Positions 23,924-38,776 of a stretch of DNA of 64,000 bases are shown piece by piece. The position numbers and the translations under genes were made by a program. Every line of letters starts with the position of its first letter. Position 1 is the stretch's first letter. This stretch comes from Lytechinus pictus (taxonomy: Eukaryota). Under the pieces are notes generated by a model. The model saw only the letters and a program-made list of their open reading frames with translations. It was not told the DNA's origin and made no database searches. The stretch spans positions 22,756,001 to 22,820,000 of the forward strand of contig NC_087252.1 of the NCBI RefSeq assembly GCF_037042905.1, in the 5' to 3' direction.

Positions 23924-26900
23924 CCATGGGATTAGAAGAATTAATGAAAACAAAATGATTTGAATGACAAATCGGGATTATGATTGTATTCATTATTCAA
24001 TTTCAACACATGATGGTAGGCCTACATGTGATGTGAAGAGAAAAGGGAGAAAAAACCCAAGGATAATGGCAAATAATTTAAGTATTTTGTGTTCATCACC
24101 TAAAAACATACTGCTCTACTACATGTACATGTAGGACAAAAGGAAGCAATTGACTAAAAGTGTTATTTCTAGTAAATTGAACAAAAATTCCAATTAATTC
24201 ATTTTTGTGTCTTTACAACTTAACGGAGATGTCATATAAATGTAGGCCTCCTATCATGGTGGTTAACCAGACTTCAGTGTTTTTGTATCGTTAATAAATC
24301 AATTGGTATATTGTAAACGTATTGAAAACTCAATTTCTGCTCATATTTCACATGGATAATTTTGTCAAAATGACAGAATTCTTATATCATTCTCCTTGCA
24401 GTTATACTCGCAACTCTCCGCAAACTATGTTTGCATATACATTAGAAATGTTGGAAGACTTTCTTGCTAATTTGTATATCAAAGGCAAGATGTTGAATTA
24501 TAGTTACAATCTAGCCTCACAATTTTACAACGTGAATTTATTTTATTTTTTGCAACAAGATGTAACATGATGGAGCACTTATTGAGCAACTTTTGTCATT
24601 GAAATGATCACCATACATATACATGTAGTTAACATGCGCTATTTGAAGGTACATGTATAACATAATGAATTATTAGTTCAGGTTTACTTGGACTGGACAT
24701 TACAATATGTAATGGAAGGCTTTATAAGCCCGAATGGTATTTTTTTTGTACAGTGTTTTTTGCTCGTTGACTTGTTTTAAATTCAATCCACCTTTCCACT
24801 CTACTGAAGGTACATTATGCCTGTTGAAAGAATTTATTCAAAGCATTTTATTAATTCTCTGTGGTGTTATCCATGTGTTAATGCTCGGTATTAAAGTCAA
24901 TAGTTTGTAAATGTATGCATCATGTTGTTAATTGAATTTGCCTTTCAATTCTGTTCCTTGTGGCAAGTTACAATTTGTAAAGTTGAAGTTAACGCCCCAA
25001 CAGTGTGTGTGTGTGAGAGAAAGAGAAATGGAGTGAAAGGGAGAAGAGGGGGAAATTTGTGTGAGGGAAGGAGAGAGAGAGATAAGGAAAGAAAAGAGGA
25101 GAATTAAAGTGTGAGAATGACAAGGGGAGATAAGGGAAGGGGGGGGGGGGTGTGAGCATGGACCTACTTGGTCCATGGTGAGAGAGAGAGAGGGGATAGA
25201 CGGACATTGAGGGGGACTGTATTAAACAGAGATACATGTACACTAGTTAGAAGGGAAAGCATCAAAAGAAATGTGTGGAGGAAAAAGGATTGTTTGGTAT
25301 ATAAAAAGTGGGGGGGGGGGGCGTTGGGGGATAATTGGCACTGTCATTTCAAAGTGGACAGCATGCTCGTCACACTCGTACATGAATTTCAAAACGGGGC
25401 CCCAAGACAAAGTATTCATTATTCCATCTCAATGTTGAAAAGTACATGTATTCCCTTTCCCCCTGATTTTGGCAATTTTGATAATTCATTGCAGGCATTA
25501 TTTTTTAAATTGGTGTCCCAACTAAACTGGCAGTGTGCCCCTCCTCTGGTATAATGGAAAGAAAGAATGGAGAAGAGAGAGAACTGAAAATGCTGCAAAA
25601 GGAGGATTGAGTATTAGTGGAGGGAAAGAGAAATTAATAGAGAACAGACTGCAAAGATGGGGAGGGGTACACTTATGGGCAGAACCCATCCCCCTCCCTG
25701 TCATTTCAATCTCTCTACATGTATGTCCACTTTATCTCTGGCTTCAGGTATGGGGTAATGTTCCATTTTTGAAAAATGTAATTTTTTGCAGCATAATAAC
25801 TTTAAATTAGTAATAATCTGATACCATCTGAAACATAATTATATAATAATCTGAAACCAATTATCCAAAGTCAAATATTCACTTAAGCATTAAAACACAG
25901 AGTATCCCTGTAAACTTCTTATGTGCTAATGTGCATATATCTCGTGAAATGAAGCAAAACTTAAAAATGTCATAACTTTTAATATTTTACATCCGATTTT
26001 GACGAAATCTTCAGTGTTTTGCTTGTCGGTTTTTTTCTTCTATTTTTTAAAATTCAAATCAACTATTTGTTGGGATGGACTTGTCCTTTCAGTAGAGCCT
26101 AACATGAAAAAGCTTTATAAAACGTCCCAAAGATCTGTGTGCACGTGCAGATATATCCATCTTAACAAAATTGTAAAACAAACATTTGATAGAAATAAAA
26201 ATTCAAGAATCTCCTTCATCAATTAAACACAAAACAACCACTAATGCACAAACTAGAAGTCATTTCCAAGCACATTTATTGTAACATTGAATGCATATTT
26301 ATATGCTTAATATGGCAGGGTATAGAGCAGGTACATTTATGAATACACCATGATATTTTTTTTCTCAATTATTTCAAGTAAAATAAGCTACGGGGTTGGA
26401 AGTTTTAACTTCTATCACTACACTAATTTGTACATACACATACATATAATAGTCACTCAGAATTGTGTGCAACAGTATCCCAAACCGTATAATAACTGCA
26501 ATTGCTGTTTTGTTGTTGTGTGTTTATTTGTGTGCTATTGTATCCTGTGTTTGTTTTGCTTTGTTTTAATGGTTTGTGAAACAGTTGAACAACAATTGTG
26601 CCCTAATAATGGGTACATTTCTCTGTTACCTATAAACACCATATCAAAAGGTGGAAATTGAATACAGGTAATAAGTCAACAATCCACAAGTCAAATATTT
26701 GCCTAATTTGAAGCATTTTTTCAGATCAGATTATGCAAAACATGTGCTATATACCTCTCCTACCAGTAATTCAAATTTATCCTGAAGTCAAAAAGATTTA
26801 TGTGATCCCAAAACATTTGCCTTAGGCAAGTTAAATATGTACTCAGTTTTGCTTCAGATTTTTTGTTTAATAAGTTGTATCCTATTTGATACTTTGATAG

Positions 26901-29900
26901 AGTGAAATATCCAGGACTTTCAGAAATTTGATTTAGAGGAATTCTTTTGATTAATCTCTGAAGTAGATCACATAATATGCTTTGAATTGATAACAAATAC
27001 ATTTGTTTATAACTGTTTCCATTGTGAATACAGACTGCAATCCGTTAAAAAGGAAATATACATCAATAAAAACTGGTCGACATGTTAAAAACAGCAAAAT
27101 TTGATCAAAATCCAAAGGCAATGATTTGTATTTCATTAAGTTTAAGCTGGATTTAAAAACACTAGGTTTTCTTGTGAAAAATTGATATTTTTCAAGACAA
27201 TAAGTAGATTCATTAAATCGCAAGGGAGATTCCCGTTCCGAGCACCCTTCCGGAGTAAAAATGGATGTAATAAAAGCACATTCTTTAAGAAGGCTGTTGC
27301 ACACAGATTACACATTGTCTTTATCACTGGAAGAATCTACATTAAGTAACTAAAACAATAGATTATTTACATACTTGCTAAGCAAAGAATAAGTTACTGT
27401 GTCAGCCATCGGTATGACGTAGAAAATAAAAGAACAGTACCACGGAAAATACAACACCTTTTGAGTTTGACTCTAAAAAGTTATTGAATAGTAACAACTG
27501 AAAGTATAGTGTTAATAATACATGGTTTATAGGTCAATAGTAAAAAATATCTTCCTGTACGTGTGTGAAGGTGAATTGCCACTTGGTCCAGACTCACTTG
27601 GTCTAATGCCTGTTTGGTCTAATTCCACATGGTCTAATTCTGTCTCCAACAGCTTGTATAATAATCGTTTGATATAAGTACATATTAATGAGCTCATTAT
27701 CCATTTCGTATAATTATATTCCCACTTCATACAACACATTAGCACATTAGACCAAATGCGATAAAGACCAAAACATATTAGACCAACTGGTATTAAAAAG
27801 AATACAATAGAACCAACTGGTTCCAGACCAAATATTATTTGACCAACTGGTATAAAATGAACAAGTATAAGACCAACTGGGAACAGACCAAATGTCATTA
27901 GACCAACTTCAACTGGTAGAAGCCCGAAGCAGTGTAAGACCAACTGGTAGAAGACGAACCGATATTAGACCAATTGGTAATAGACCAAATGACACTACAC
28001 CACATGGCAATGAGCTCACACACGTACACACATGAACTCTACAAACACACTTGATTTGTACATCATTATGCAGACCAAATTACACTAAACATTACTTTAG
28101 AAGTAATCATATATTTATCGACATCAAGTGGTCCCAAGTAAACAAACAAGTATCTGCATTTAGAATGCAAGATATCTACTTCTTTGGTATTTATGTATGT
28201 TGCAAACTATCAATCATTTTTTTTTTCTTGTTCTTCATAATAAACATTTAAGTTTACACATTGGATTACACACAAACTTTGCAACATAATACTCGAGTGT
28301 TACATAAAAACACAATAGCACAACCCTTTCACAACCAATACTTCACTTCCTCCAATCCAAATATCAATAATAAGTATTCATGAAAACTTTTAGAAAGCGT
28401 ATTTCCAGTAAGAATCCCATTTCTAACAATTAACAACGTCACATATACATGTAGAGCAAAATGAAGCTCTGGAAATCGGAGAGTGATTAGTTATCAAAGT
28501 TGCCAATATTGTAGAGCATCACGCTGGCAAGAGAGGGATAGGTGATGGAATTGAGCTGCATTCTTGAATTTCGACACCGGTGCAGACACTTCATCCCAGG
28601 TGCTACTTTAATCAATTATCCATACTTAAGTTTTTAATTAATCTACGTGTCTATTCATAAATGTCAATTTTTTTTTTCATACATGTATAATCATTTCCAA
28701 TCATTTTACCCTGCCTGCATTTATCAATGGAGACTTATTTTGGCAATTATTAAAACAGAACTTGTGCGAGCAGCGTGCTAGATTTGCTTAACATACATAT
28801 TGATGATGATCATTCCATTATATCTTTAGAAAACAATTCCTATCCATTGGAAATTTCGGATAAAAGGGTATTAAAGCAGTGACCATCACTGCTCGATACA
28901 TTTTACAATCTTCCATCATGTCCACAGCACAGACATGAATACATACTTTAATAAAAGAAACACATGATTATCCCCATTTCGTTACACCACCATGACACAC
29001 CATTGAATAACATATGATTCATTTTCATCCATTTCCCCAACACACAATGTTTTTTTTTATCCTCTTAACATGTACTGTACACTATTTTACAAGCCTTGAA
29101 ATCCTCTCTAGATAGAATACATACATTGGCATATTTATGTGTTTCCATACGCTTTCTACTGCCCCTGTGCTAATAATAATACCTGCAACATATTGCCAGT
29201 AACAAACGGCAATCACTTGGTGGGATAAGTTGGGCTAACTTTGAATGATAACGGTACAAGAGCTCAGTTGGGAGGCTAGCGATATGATCATACAAATGGC
29301 AATTAGAGGACTTATGGCTTTGGGGGCCTTTCCAAAGGACCTGATAATACTGGATCATACCTTTATCAAGTACCATAGTAATAAACAGTGATTAAAGATA
29401 GTATTTTATTTTTCTTTTGTAGTGCTTATCACATTATCATCTAACATCTCTGTGTGCCTCCAGAGGCCTTCAAATGGTAACATTTGTAAATAAATCCAGA
29501 GTTAAACATTGAAACAAATTTCTGGAAAATGATTCCCCCTCCCCCCTCCCCCAGTCATCAAAAACCCCTTCCATTGCATGTACATTTCCTCTTTCCATTC
29601 TAAGCGCAGGAATCGGTGTCAGAAATTGAACAGAAACACATACAAAAATCACTGTACAAAGGACATTCAATATAACCATCATAGTGAATATACAAACTTC
29701 AAGTATAACATTGAATACTACTTCTTCCAACTAGAAAGACATCAATTTCTCTCTCTCTTTTTTTTTCTCACTTTGGCACTACCATACATGACAAATAGGT
29801 GAATAAATCTTTGTATGAACACATTATGCTTATGAGCTACCACATTGCAAAAAGTTTTTTTTCCGCGATATTATTCTCACGGAAGGAATACAATAAACAT

Positions 29901-32900
29901 CATACACAATGAAGACTTTACAAGACGCAATTTGCAATACATGCACATTATTCTGTAATCTGCATACATACACCAATAGGACTAAAGAATTTACGTTTTG
30001 GTCCTTTTACCTCAAAAGAAATGATCGTTTATAGATATATTATCATACTTCATTATTTTACGAGGGAATGGGATAGATTGTCTATGGCGACAGAGCAGAA
30101 AAGAACATAAAATAACAATGGAATGAATTTCTAGAGTACAAAAAATACATTTCCATTGTGTAAAATCTGAACATCTTTTTATACATATTGACAATCCAAG
30201 CACCTTTTTGTTTATAAAGAAACAAACATTTCGACAAGAATTTGTCGGTTATGAACATATGGTGTCTTATACACATACAATAACGATCCACAGAAATCAA
30301 TTTACATATACAAAACTAAAAATAATACTGAACCCACGTTATCAATCCGTTTATAAATAGAAGAATTGCATTAAAACAACCACAAGTGAAAAGCAAGCAC
30401 AAGAGAAATATCAAGACATAAAAATAAAATAGTTCAGGCATTGCGAAAGAAAGAATGGAAAACATATTGCTACGCTACACATACTCTGTTCAACCTAAAT
30501 AGTTATATTGCAACTAGTTCTACACATACATTAGAGAAAAAAAATCTACACAATTTTCAGTTAAAAAGCTAAGGCAGTAAGGCCTTGAGTACTTAAAAGG
30601 GCCAAGAATATCAACAATAAAATTCCTTTTACATCAAGGTGGAAGGCATTAAGATTTGTTTTTCATTTCTACAGACAAAATTTGCCTCCTCTTTGATAGG
30701 TTTTCTCTTTTTGTTTTTCAAACAAAAGGTTGCTGCACTTGCAGTATTCCAGGGAAGCCACTGGTAGAATGATAGGAACTGTCAACATTATGCAAATCTG
30801 TGTAAATATTGGTAGATTTTTGCCCAATATTCATCATTGTGTAGCTGAGGCAATACTCTTTCTGAATTGTTTCCTTTATTTTTTTCATTTAGAGAAACGC
30901 ATCATTGTGGAAAATTGCAATCATTTAGAAAAGCATGCCTGTTTTGGTCAGCGTAATCTCGATGGGATATATTTTCTCATTTGCAGTAAAAAAAAATGCC
31001 TTGTATTTGTCATTTTCCAGCTAGGTACTACAATTTTAAAGAGCCTTTATTAAAAAGAGTGATTCAATCACTCTCAACACCTTAAAGGTTTCAACTGAAT
31101 ATATTCAGCACTCATTACTTGCCTTCACTGCATCTGCACTCATTAAGCCCCTCACTTCTTGAAAAATATTCTATTAACCATATATTTACCAATCTATATT
31201 AATGAAATAGAATCAAATAGTATATATTCTTATTATTCTGGAATTATGATAAATAATGTGCAGTGTCTATGAGAGAATGACGTTTCACCACATAAGGTGC
31301 GAATTTATATGTACCTACAGGTATTACAGATTTTGGGTTATTTATAAAAAAATACAAACAATGGAATGAATACGACTCAACAACTTGCACAAAAAAGGGC
31401 TGTTGAAACCAAAGAAAAAACTATTTCAAGATGAAAAACATATCAAGATTGTCAGGAAAGGCTGCGTACATGTATTACACTTGGGTGAAATTTTCTCTTC
31501 TTTTTTTTAATTGAACTTCACCATAAAACACACACAGACCAGCAAAATATAGTCAACTACTTCAGCAACGGAATCTTGAGGCAAGACATATACACATCGC
31601 TACCAACATATAAACAAAAACAAAAAAAATCACTTCATCCCAATATAGATTCTCTAAAACTGTATAAAAAAGACAAAAATACAAGGTTTAGTGATCACAA
31701 TACATAATATGATCAGGAATTACAAAGTTTGGTTAATTTTCATGGCAAAATTACATCATAAAACAGCTGCGAGTAAATCATCTCTTTTTTTGGTGGATTC
31801 GATCATCTTTATATAGGAACTATTCTCGAAGCATCTTTTATCTCTCTCTCTCCTAATGCTGATAGTATTTTATTGCGAGGTTGAGTTGTACTTTAGAGAG
31901 AGAAACCAATACCTGGGTCACGTAACAAAGAGCCTAGCGACTGCTCATACGATTGATTTTTACAAAGGAGTATACAACATGGTCTATGCAATCAATCATA
32001 AGAATTTGCCCTACGATCAATCGCTGGACTTTGTGTTACGTGGCTCAGGTTAGGTTGCCATTTTATGTACAGAAATTGATTAGAGTTGAATCATTATGAA
32101 AAACTATGGCACGTAATTCTGGGGCCCGTCTTACGAAGAGTTGCGATTGATCCAATCAACCACAACTATGGACGGCCAGCAACGTCAACGTCTAAGATGC
32201 AAATTTGTTCAAAATGTTTCCTAGATACGATGTATATTCATACATTCATCGTTCTCTTGGAGATTAAGTGTGATTCTCTCTGTTTACTAAGGAGATTGTG
32301 CAAATTTCTTGTAGAAAAAATATGGTGTGGATGGATTTCCATACAGTTACGATTGATTGGATCAATTGTAACTCTTTGCAAGACAGAGGCCCTAATGGCA
32401 CAATAGTATGAATATTTGTATGAATATTCATACCCTTCTCTATCAACAGAGGATGATTGATATAATTTTTTTTAAATACTTCTCTCCAACACTCCTCTTC
32501 ACATCATGACTCCATATCTCTATCTCGCTCTTCTTTCTTTTCCTTCTACCTATCTATTCTATCGCTCCCTCGGAGAGGACATGAAGCCGTTGGTCCTCCG
32601 GTTGCTTGCTCACAAGCATTCATGCTTTCTTACCAATCAGGTAAAAAATCAACACCATTACCAATCTCTCTATCCCCTAGTATTCTTGATCATTTCCCCC
32701 TAGTTACTGCAGGCCATCCCAGTCAAAGCAAGAAATTTACCCACATTGTGCTGCACCCGACCCGGGTGAGGTGAGTGGGTACCCGGCCGGACTACTTCCT
32801 TGAATACACCGATCATCGGAAGGCAGCCTAAAGCTAAAGCTATCGATCTCTCCAAACCTTTGTCTCTCATGAAATCTCTCTCATTGACCCCCCCTCTCTC

Positions 32901-34383
32901 TCTCTTTCTATCTTTTTCTACCATCATTCCTTCTTCTTTCACCAAAGACCACAAGCTTCAGTCTCTGCGGATTCCGCTGAAATCCAAGTCCAGTTCCACC
33001 GACTTTCATAAAGGGAGAAGATTGTAATGTCAGTTTTTGAAAATGATTCCTAAATCCCTAGAATAGATTTCAATTTCTGTCTACACTCCTTAATGAATGC
33101 TGTATTATTCACCTAGTCCTAATTCCTCTTCTCAAGCTACCTCTCTCTCAAATCAAATAACCAATCTATCTCTACCTTAAAAATACCGTAAGTGTCGACA
33201 GGAAGAATTTAATTTCACATTATTACCCCCTCGAATTCATTTTTTTTCCAGAAAAAATAATCAGAATTTTTTTAAAAAGATGATGTACATTAACTACTAG
33301 GCAAGATGTCAGCGATTAACCTCAACACAAATTCAGCAAACACTGTACTTTTCTAGACCTCTTTAAACCCTCGATCAATCCGAGTAGTCACTGCAACATG
33401 ACTGGACCCCACACCCATTGACCCAATAGGCATTCGCACCCCATTGACTCCTGAGTTCTGTAAAGCTTTGTAATGGTCCATCTGGTTCTAGTAGTTAATG
33501 GGTTAACCTGTTAAATACTGAGTTCTGCGATTCCCAATGGCTTTGCGCAAGAACACCACTTTAAGTTGGCGATGGATTACTCTTGGCCTTTAAACTTGCT
33601 TAATGGGATGATTCGTTCATATAGCAATACCATTATTTGGTGTACGTCAGGGTTGTCACCTGGGACCTTATTGTGTTGGAAATGTTATTGCCCAACACTT
33701 TGTCGTGGCGGTTCTGGGGAACGAAAAATAGGTGGCTTTCAGGATTTACACATTAAAATGATATGTTCATAAAGTTCACTGTCGGTGGGAATATTAGTGC
33801 TGGTCAGAAGGGTGTGATATTTTATTGAGTGCCGTCTGGAAATTTTGGGTGCTGGAAAGTTCCGACCCGCGCCGGTGACTGTCGTTACAACACTCGTGTA
33901 CATGGAGAGTGTATTGTGTAGTGTTACAGTATCTGCATTTTCAGGCTACGCTTTCCAATATCTCCTTTTGATATCGCTTGCCAACATATAGCGTTGGTAC
34001 AGAAAGAGATGATATACATGATCTTACATGTACATATAAGTAAATATTTCAATGTAAGGCAGATATACATGTACATACATGTAATTATTATTTGATCCAG
34101 ATATCACAAGTTGCTATTGTGATATAGATATTGGAGAACATCTGCTTTACTTCCCATGAAGTATGGTTCGTTGTAGCTTATAATTTCATACTCATGCATT
34201 TTTTTCATACTTTTCATGTATGCAGAATATTACTGGTGAGGGGGCTGTGCTACTTATTGATGTAGTCCAAACGGTACCATCAATTTACATGGCCAGTAAA
34301 TTTAGTCTTAACCTCTTCGAGCAAACACATGAACGGCAAACATCAAAAGGCAGTGAATGTATGTGAAAGGTTCATACCAGTCA

Positions 34384-37034
34384 TCAGAGCAAGAGCATAT
34401 TTTGCGGTGGCGCTGTTTCGCTTCCAGGCAGGGAAGGATTGCCAGAGAGCTGATGTTTCTGGAGGTGCTTCTGCAGGGCACTGTTCACAATGAACGACTT
34501 TCCGCACACGGGGCACTGGTGGGGTCGGAACTCGGTGTGGATGCGTTCGTGCATGTTCCTGGCGCTGCACTGCGAAAAGCGCTTGCTGCAGAAGCGGCAG
34601 GGGTAAGGCTGCTCGCCGATGTGCGTGCGGACGTGGATCTGCAGGTAGCGACTCTGCGTGAATGTCCTCCCGCATATGTTGCAAATGAATGGTCTGATAC
34701 CATGCACTTTCTCATGATGCGCAAGTGCAGCAGTGTCATCGAAGCGCATGCTGCAGAACCTACAGGTGTACATTGGGCGCAAGGCATTGTTGGGATGGTC
34801 CGGGAGATTCTGATTATTGTAATTTGGAATGGTATCATATGGAACATTCGGACTACGCAATGGCATGTGATCTACAGGGGATAGAGGGCTGAGTTTATAG
34901 TCCCCATTCCTTACATGTATCCTCTCGTGAACATTACGAGAGCTTCCTTGGGTAAAGCGCTTGGTACAGTACCGGCACTGATATGGTTTCTCGCCCGTGT
35001 GTGTTCGTTCGTGAATCTGTAGATATCGGCCTTTGCTAAAAGCCTTCCCACAAAAGCCACAAACATGATCTCTTGGCCGCATGTGCGTCTGTTCGTGACT
35101 AACAAGCAAGGCAGCATCAGTGAAGGTTTTATTGCAATAACGACAGCTCTGGATAGCTGGATGCACTGGAAGATTAGGCATAGTGGAATTTTCACTATTT
35201 GTTTCTGAAGCCTTCTCGCCTTCCTTCTCTCCGTTGGCTCCATCTGCAACTTCTTTCTCACCACCTTCTTGTGCTTCATTGCAATTTTGTTCTGCTTCTT
35301 TTGCTGCTTTGATTCTTTCATGAATTCTCTCATGAGCATTCCTGGAACTGGTTTGACTAAAGGTCTTCCCGCAGTACTTACAGGAGTAAGGCTTCTCCCC
35401 AGTATGGATTCGGACGTGAATCTCAAGGTAGCTCCTGTGCGTGAAACGCTTGCTGCATATGTCACAGGAAAATGGCCTCAGCACATGAGACTGCTGGTGT
35501 TGGTGAAGTTCTGAAGAAGACGCAAAGACCTCAGGACATTGCCTACATGGGAAAACCTGCTGATGCGGCACTGGGGCGGGATGTATTGGCCGCTGAAAGA
35601 GCATAGGCGGAACACCATTTACAGCAGCCAAGCCACTGCATTCATGCCGCAGCAGGTCTCGACTTCTTTTGAAGCTCAGACCACACTTCTTGCAGTCATA
35701 CATCCCCCAGTTTCCATGCTTCTGTTCATGGACATTCCGTGATGTCATCTGGTTGAATCGCTTCCCGCAAACTCTGCATGGGTAGGGCTTCTCACCCGTA
35801 TGCAAGCGTTCATGAACACGCAAGTATGCCTTCTGATTGAACCCTCTTCCACAAACACCACAAATATAGGGTTTCAGAGAGCTGTGCGTAAGCTCATGCT
35901 GCATCAACTGACTGGCAAAGAGGAAGCATTTGCCACAGAACCTACACTGGAATGGCTTGGAGTCACTGTGGATGCGCTTGTGGGTCCGCAGATGACTGCC
36001 ATCTCTGAACCTCATCCCACAAGTTGGCACATCGCACATGAACGGTTTGACCCTGGTGTGGGTCCGTTCATGCGTGTTCCGTGCACTCCCCTGCGTGAAC
36101 GACTTGTCACAGAAGCGACAGCTATAGGGTTTCTCTCCCGTGTGGATGCGTACATGGGTTCGCAAGTACTCCTTGTGGCTGAAGCGTTTGCCGCAAAACG
36201 TGCAGACGAACGGCTTGTTGGCATCCAAGTGTGATTGGTTGTCCCCGTTCTCAGCAACTCTTGACCCCTGCATACAGGCATGGCCAAGAAGGTCTTCCTT
36301 CGTTGGAAACAGATCACCGCATAACTCACACCTCTGACCATCGACAACACTATGTGTTATCATGTGAGCATTGTAGACCAGCTCGAGAGCGAACTGCTGC
36401 CCACAAACGCCACACACATACCCTTTCCCGGCTTCCGCTGCATCTTCTGCACCACCTACACCATCTCCCCTCTCAACCTCTACACCCCTATTCCCATCAT
36501 TTGCTTCAAAATCCCTATACCTTTGCATACCAAGATCCATCATGGGCTCACCATTACTCGTGGCGTAACCACCCACACTCTCACTCTCTCCATCTGACCT
36601 CTGACCCCTTTGGTCATAATACTCCGATCCCTGACCTGCATCCTCATAACCTTGAGAGCTCTCACTCATATGCGCCGGCTCACTGGAGTTGTCTCCTCCA
36701 TTCTCATACGTCTCACCTCCCACCCCTGAACTTTGACCTGCGAGTTCTACACTCTGATCCCCTAACTCTGAATCCTGATCCCTCTCCTCCGAACCCGGAC
36801 CTCCAAACTCCGACCTTTGACCTGTGAAGGCCTCACTGTTGGCTGTTAGTTGATTGTACGCCTCTGCTTCAGCCACCATAGCTGCAAGGGTCTGTCTGTC
36901 AATGCTCTTGACCACGTGATGACTGGTTGAAGAACCTCTGATTACTTTGTTGTGGGAGTAACGGAGATGGCGGGCAAGGTAGATCGCGATGGTGAACAGC
37001 CGACCGCAGAACTCACACTTGTATGTTCCAGATT
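34384..37034 (-). CDS. PRDM9-like: Terminal zinc-finger exon of PRDM7/9-like gene (one post-SET finger, acidic Gly/Ser linker, 19 further fingers)
   Basis: 916-aa ORF with repeated HTGEKPY linkers; acceptor tttttttttcag ending at 37035; phase 1 matches the preceding exon. Confidence 0.92.
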
Positions 37035-37157
37035 CTGAAAAAAAAATGAGTTTGTTGAAAATGTTGAGATTTGAAGGTTTGCATGGTAGAGGAAAAAAAT
37101 AAGGATTACCAATTTTACCATATATGTCAAACATTTGTTTGAGAGCTTACCCCATTA

Positions 37158-38159
37158 CCGTAAGTAACGGTCTTTTAACCGCACCTTTTTCTCGGCGGGA
37201 TAGAAGCAAAAGTCGGGGGTGCGGTTTATCCACGGTGACGGGTCTGAGCCAGCCCGTCGTAACCCCTCTGCCAGTTCACAACACATCGAGTGGCCGGGCG
37301 TAGCCGCCCAGGGCAATGTCGTTTAGAGGGGTATGAGCTGCGGGTAATGAGAAGCGATTATAACAAACGCACCCACCTTCATGACACTAATTTCGACTTT
37401 ATTCTCGGTTCAAAGTAGCGAAGTTCCCTGGCTTAGTTCAAAGAGAAGCCAAGCATACTCGGTAATATTTTGTCACAGCTGAGCGAGCGCGAGAGTTGAG
37501 TTAGCTGAGCTAGCTTGCGTTGTATATATTGTGGTTATAGTGCGACTTAAGCTGGCGCTATTCATTTTAACCCTCGATCCCTCCAAAGTCCCGTTTCGCG
37601 CCAGCTTATTTTTTCTTTCCCGTTTGCTTTTCATAAGATACCATGTACACCACGCAACGAGAGAGACGGCACGAAGCCGTCAAAACAACTGTAAAAAATG
37701 CCAATTTCTTTGTTTCTAGAACCTTCCTGTAATCCCGTATCCAAAATTCATGCTAAGACATCAAATGCTAGACAAATTCTGAAAGTGATTGTGAGTTTGT
37801 GATGCAAGAAATGTGAATGTTTTTTCCTCCTACGGCGGGAAAGACACAGATCATTATTTGATAAGATGTACTGGTACCGTATCGTAGTTTGCAATGTACA
37901 AGAACGGCAGTGCTGTGTGTGTGTACACTGTGACTGTGAGGTGAGTGAGTGTGTAAGTGGCCAATATTGTCGGGACCTTTCTTTCTTGCAAACATTTGTA
38001 GATGAATTGATCAAGAACAGCAGATTTCCGCATACCGGTAATCTCTTTGGATACTTTGAAATCTTTAACTTAGTTTTTGTTTCTTTGTATTTTTTTTTTT
38101 GGTCCAAAGTTGGGGGTGCGGTTAATCCACGGGTGCGGTTTATAGTCCGTTACTTACGG
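37158..38159. mobile_element. ~1-kb non-autonomous Tc1/mariner-pogo-type element
   Basis: TA|ccgtaagtaacgg..taaccgcacc ... ggtgcggtttatagtccgttacttacgg|TA; TA target duplication. Confidence 0.85.
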
Positions 38160-38334
38160 TATACTGACACCAAATGGGGTGTTTGGACCCAGCTACAGAG
38201 CAAAGTCGTTTGAGGAATCACAAGAGTTATCTCCTGTTACCCAAGTTAGGCATGTTAGGTATTATGTTTTAACCAATGGGTATTGTTTGTTTTAAAGAGA
38301 CCCTATAACTCAACTACCCCAATACATTCTGAAA

Positions 38335-38776
38335 GCAACAAAGACACCCATGAATCCAACTTACTTGACTCATATATAAGGCTGGCCAGGCAATAAAATT
38401 CCCCAATCCCTTCCCAAAAGCAATAAATCAATCTTGAATCTGACTTACATGAATCTTACATACGGCTGGCTAACCAATCAAATAACCCAATCCTTTCCCA
38501 AAGCTGCAAAAGACACTCTTGAATATGACTTATTTGCATCATGCACAAGGCTAGCCAAGCCAATCAAATACCCCCATTCCTTCAAAAAAATTACCTGAAT
38601 CATAACAAAAGCTGGCCAGTGAATGTTACCGCATCCCTTCCTTTAAGCAATAAAGACACTCTTGAATCTGACATGAGATTGGCCAGCAATTTGAACAACC
38701 CCTTACATGTACCTTCCCAAAGTTGCAAAGACACACTTCAATCCAACTTACTTGAGTCATACATAAGGCTGGTCAG
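38335..38776 (-). repeat. Degenerate ~85-bp tandem repeat containing the 3' end and splice donor of the PR/SET exon
   Basis: agacac..tgaatc..acttac.tga.tcat..aaggctggcca recurs about 5-6 times; the last unit overlaps the exon end at 38752. Confidence 0.7.

Noticed and set aside
27527..27943. 138-aa ORF with repeated (F)GLxPVG motifs
   Set aside because: Translation of the tagaccaactgg subrepeats of a foldback MITE; no splice or domain support
33540..33960. Higher-GC stretch downstream of the minus gene stop, possible extra exon
   Set aside because: Best minus frame gives only a short ORF with no motif; probably UTR
37035..37134. N-terminal 33 aa of the 916-aa minus ORF
   Set aside because: Intronic read-through upstream of the acceptor at 37035
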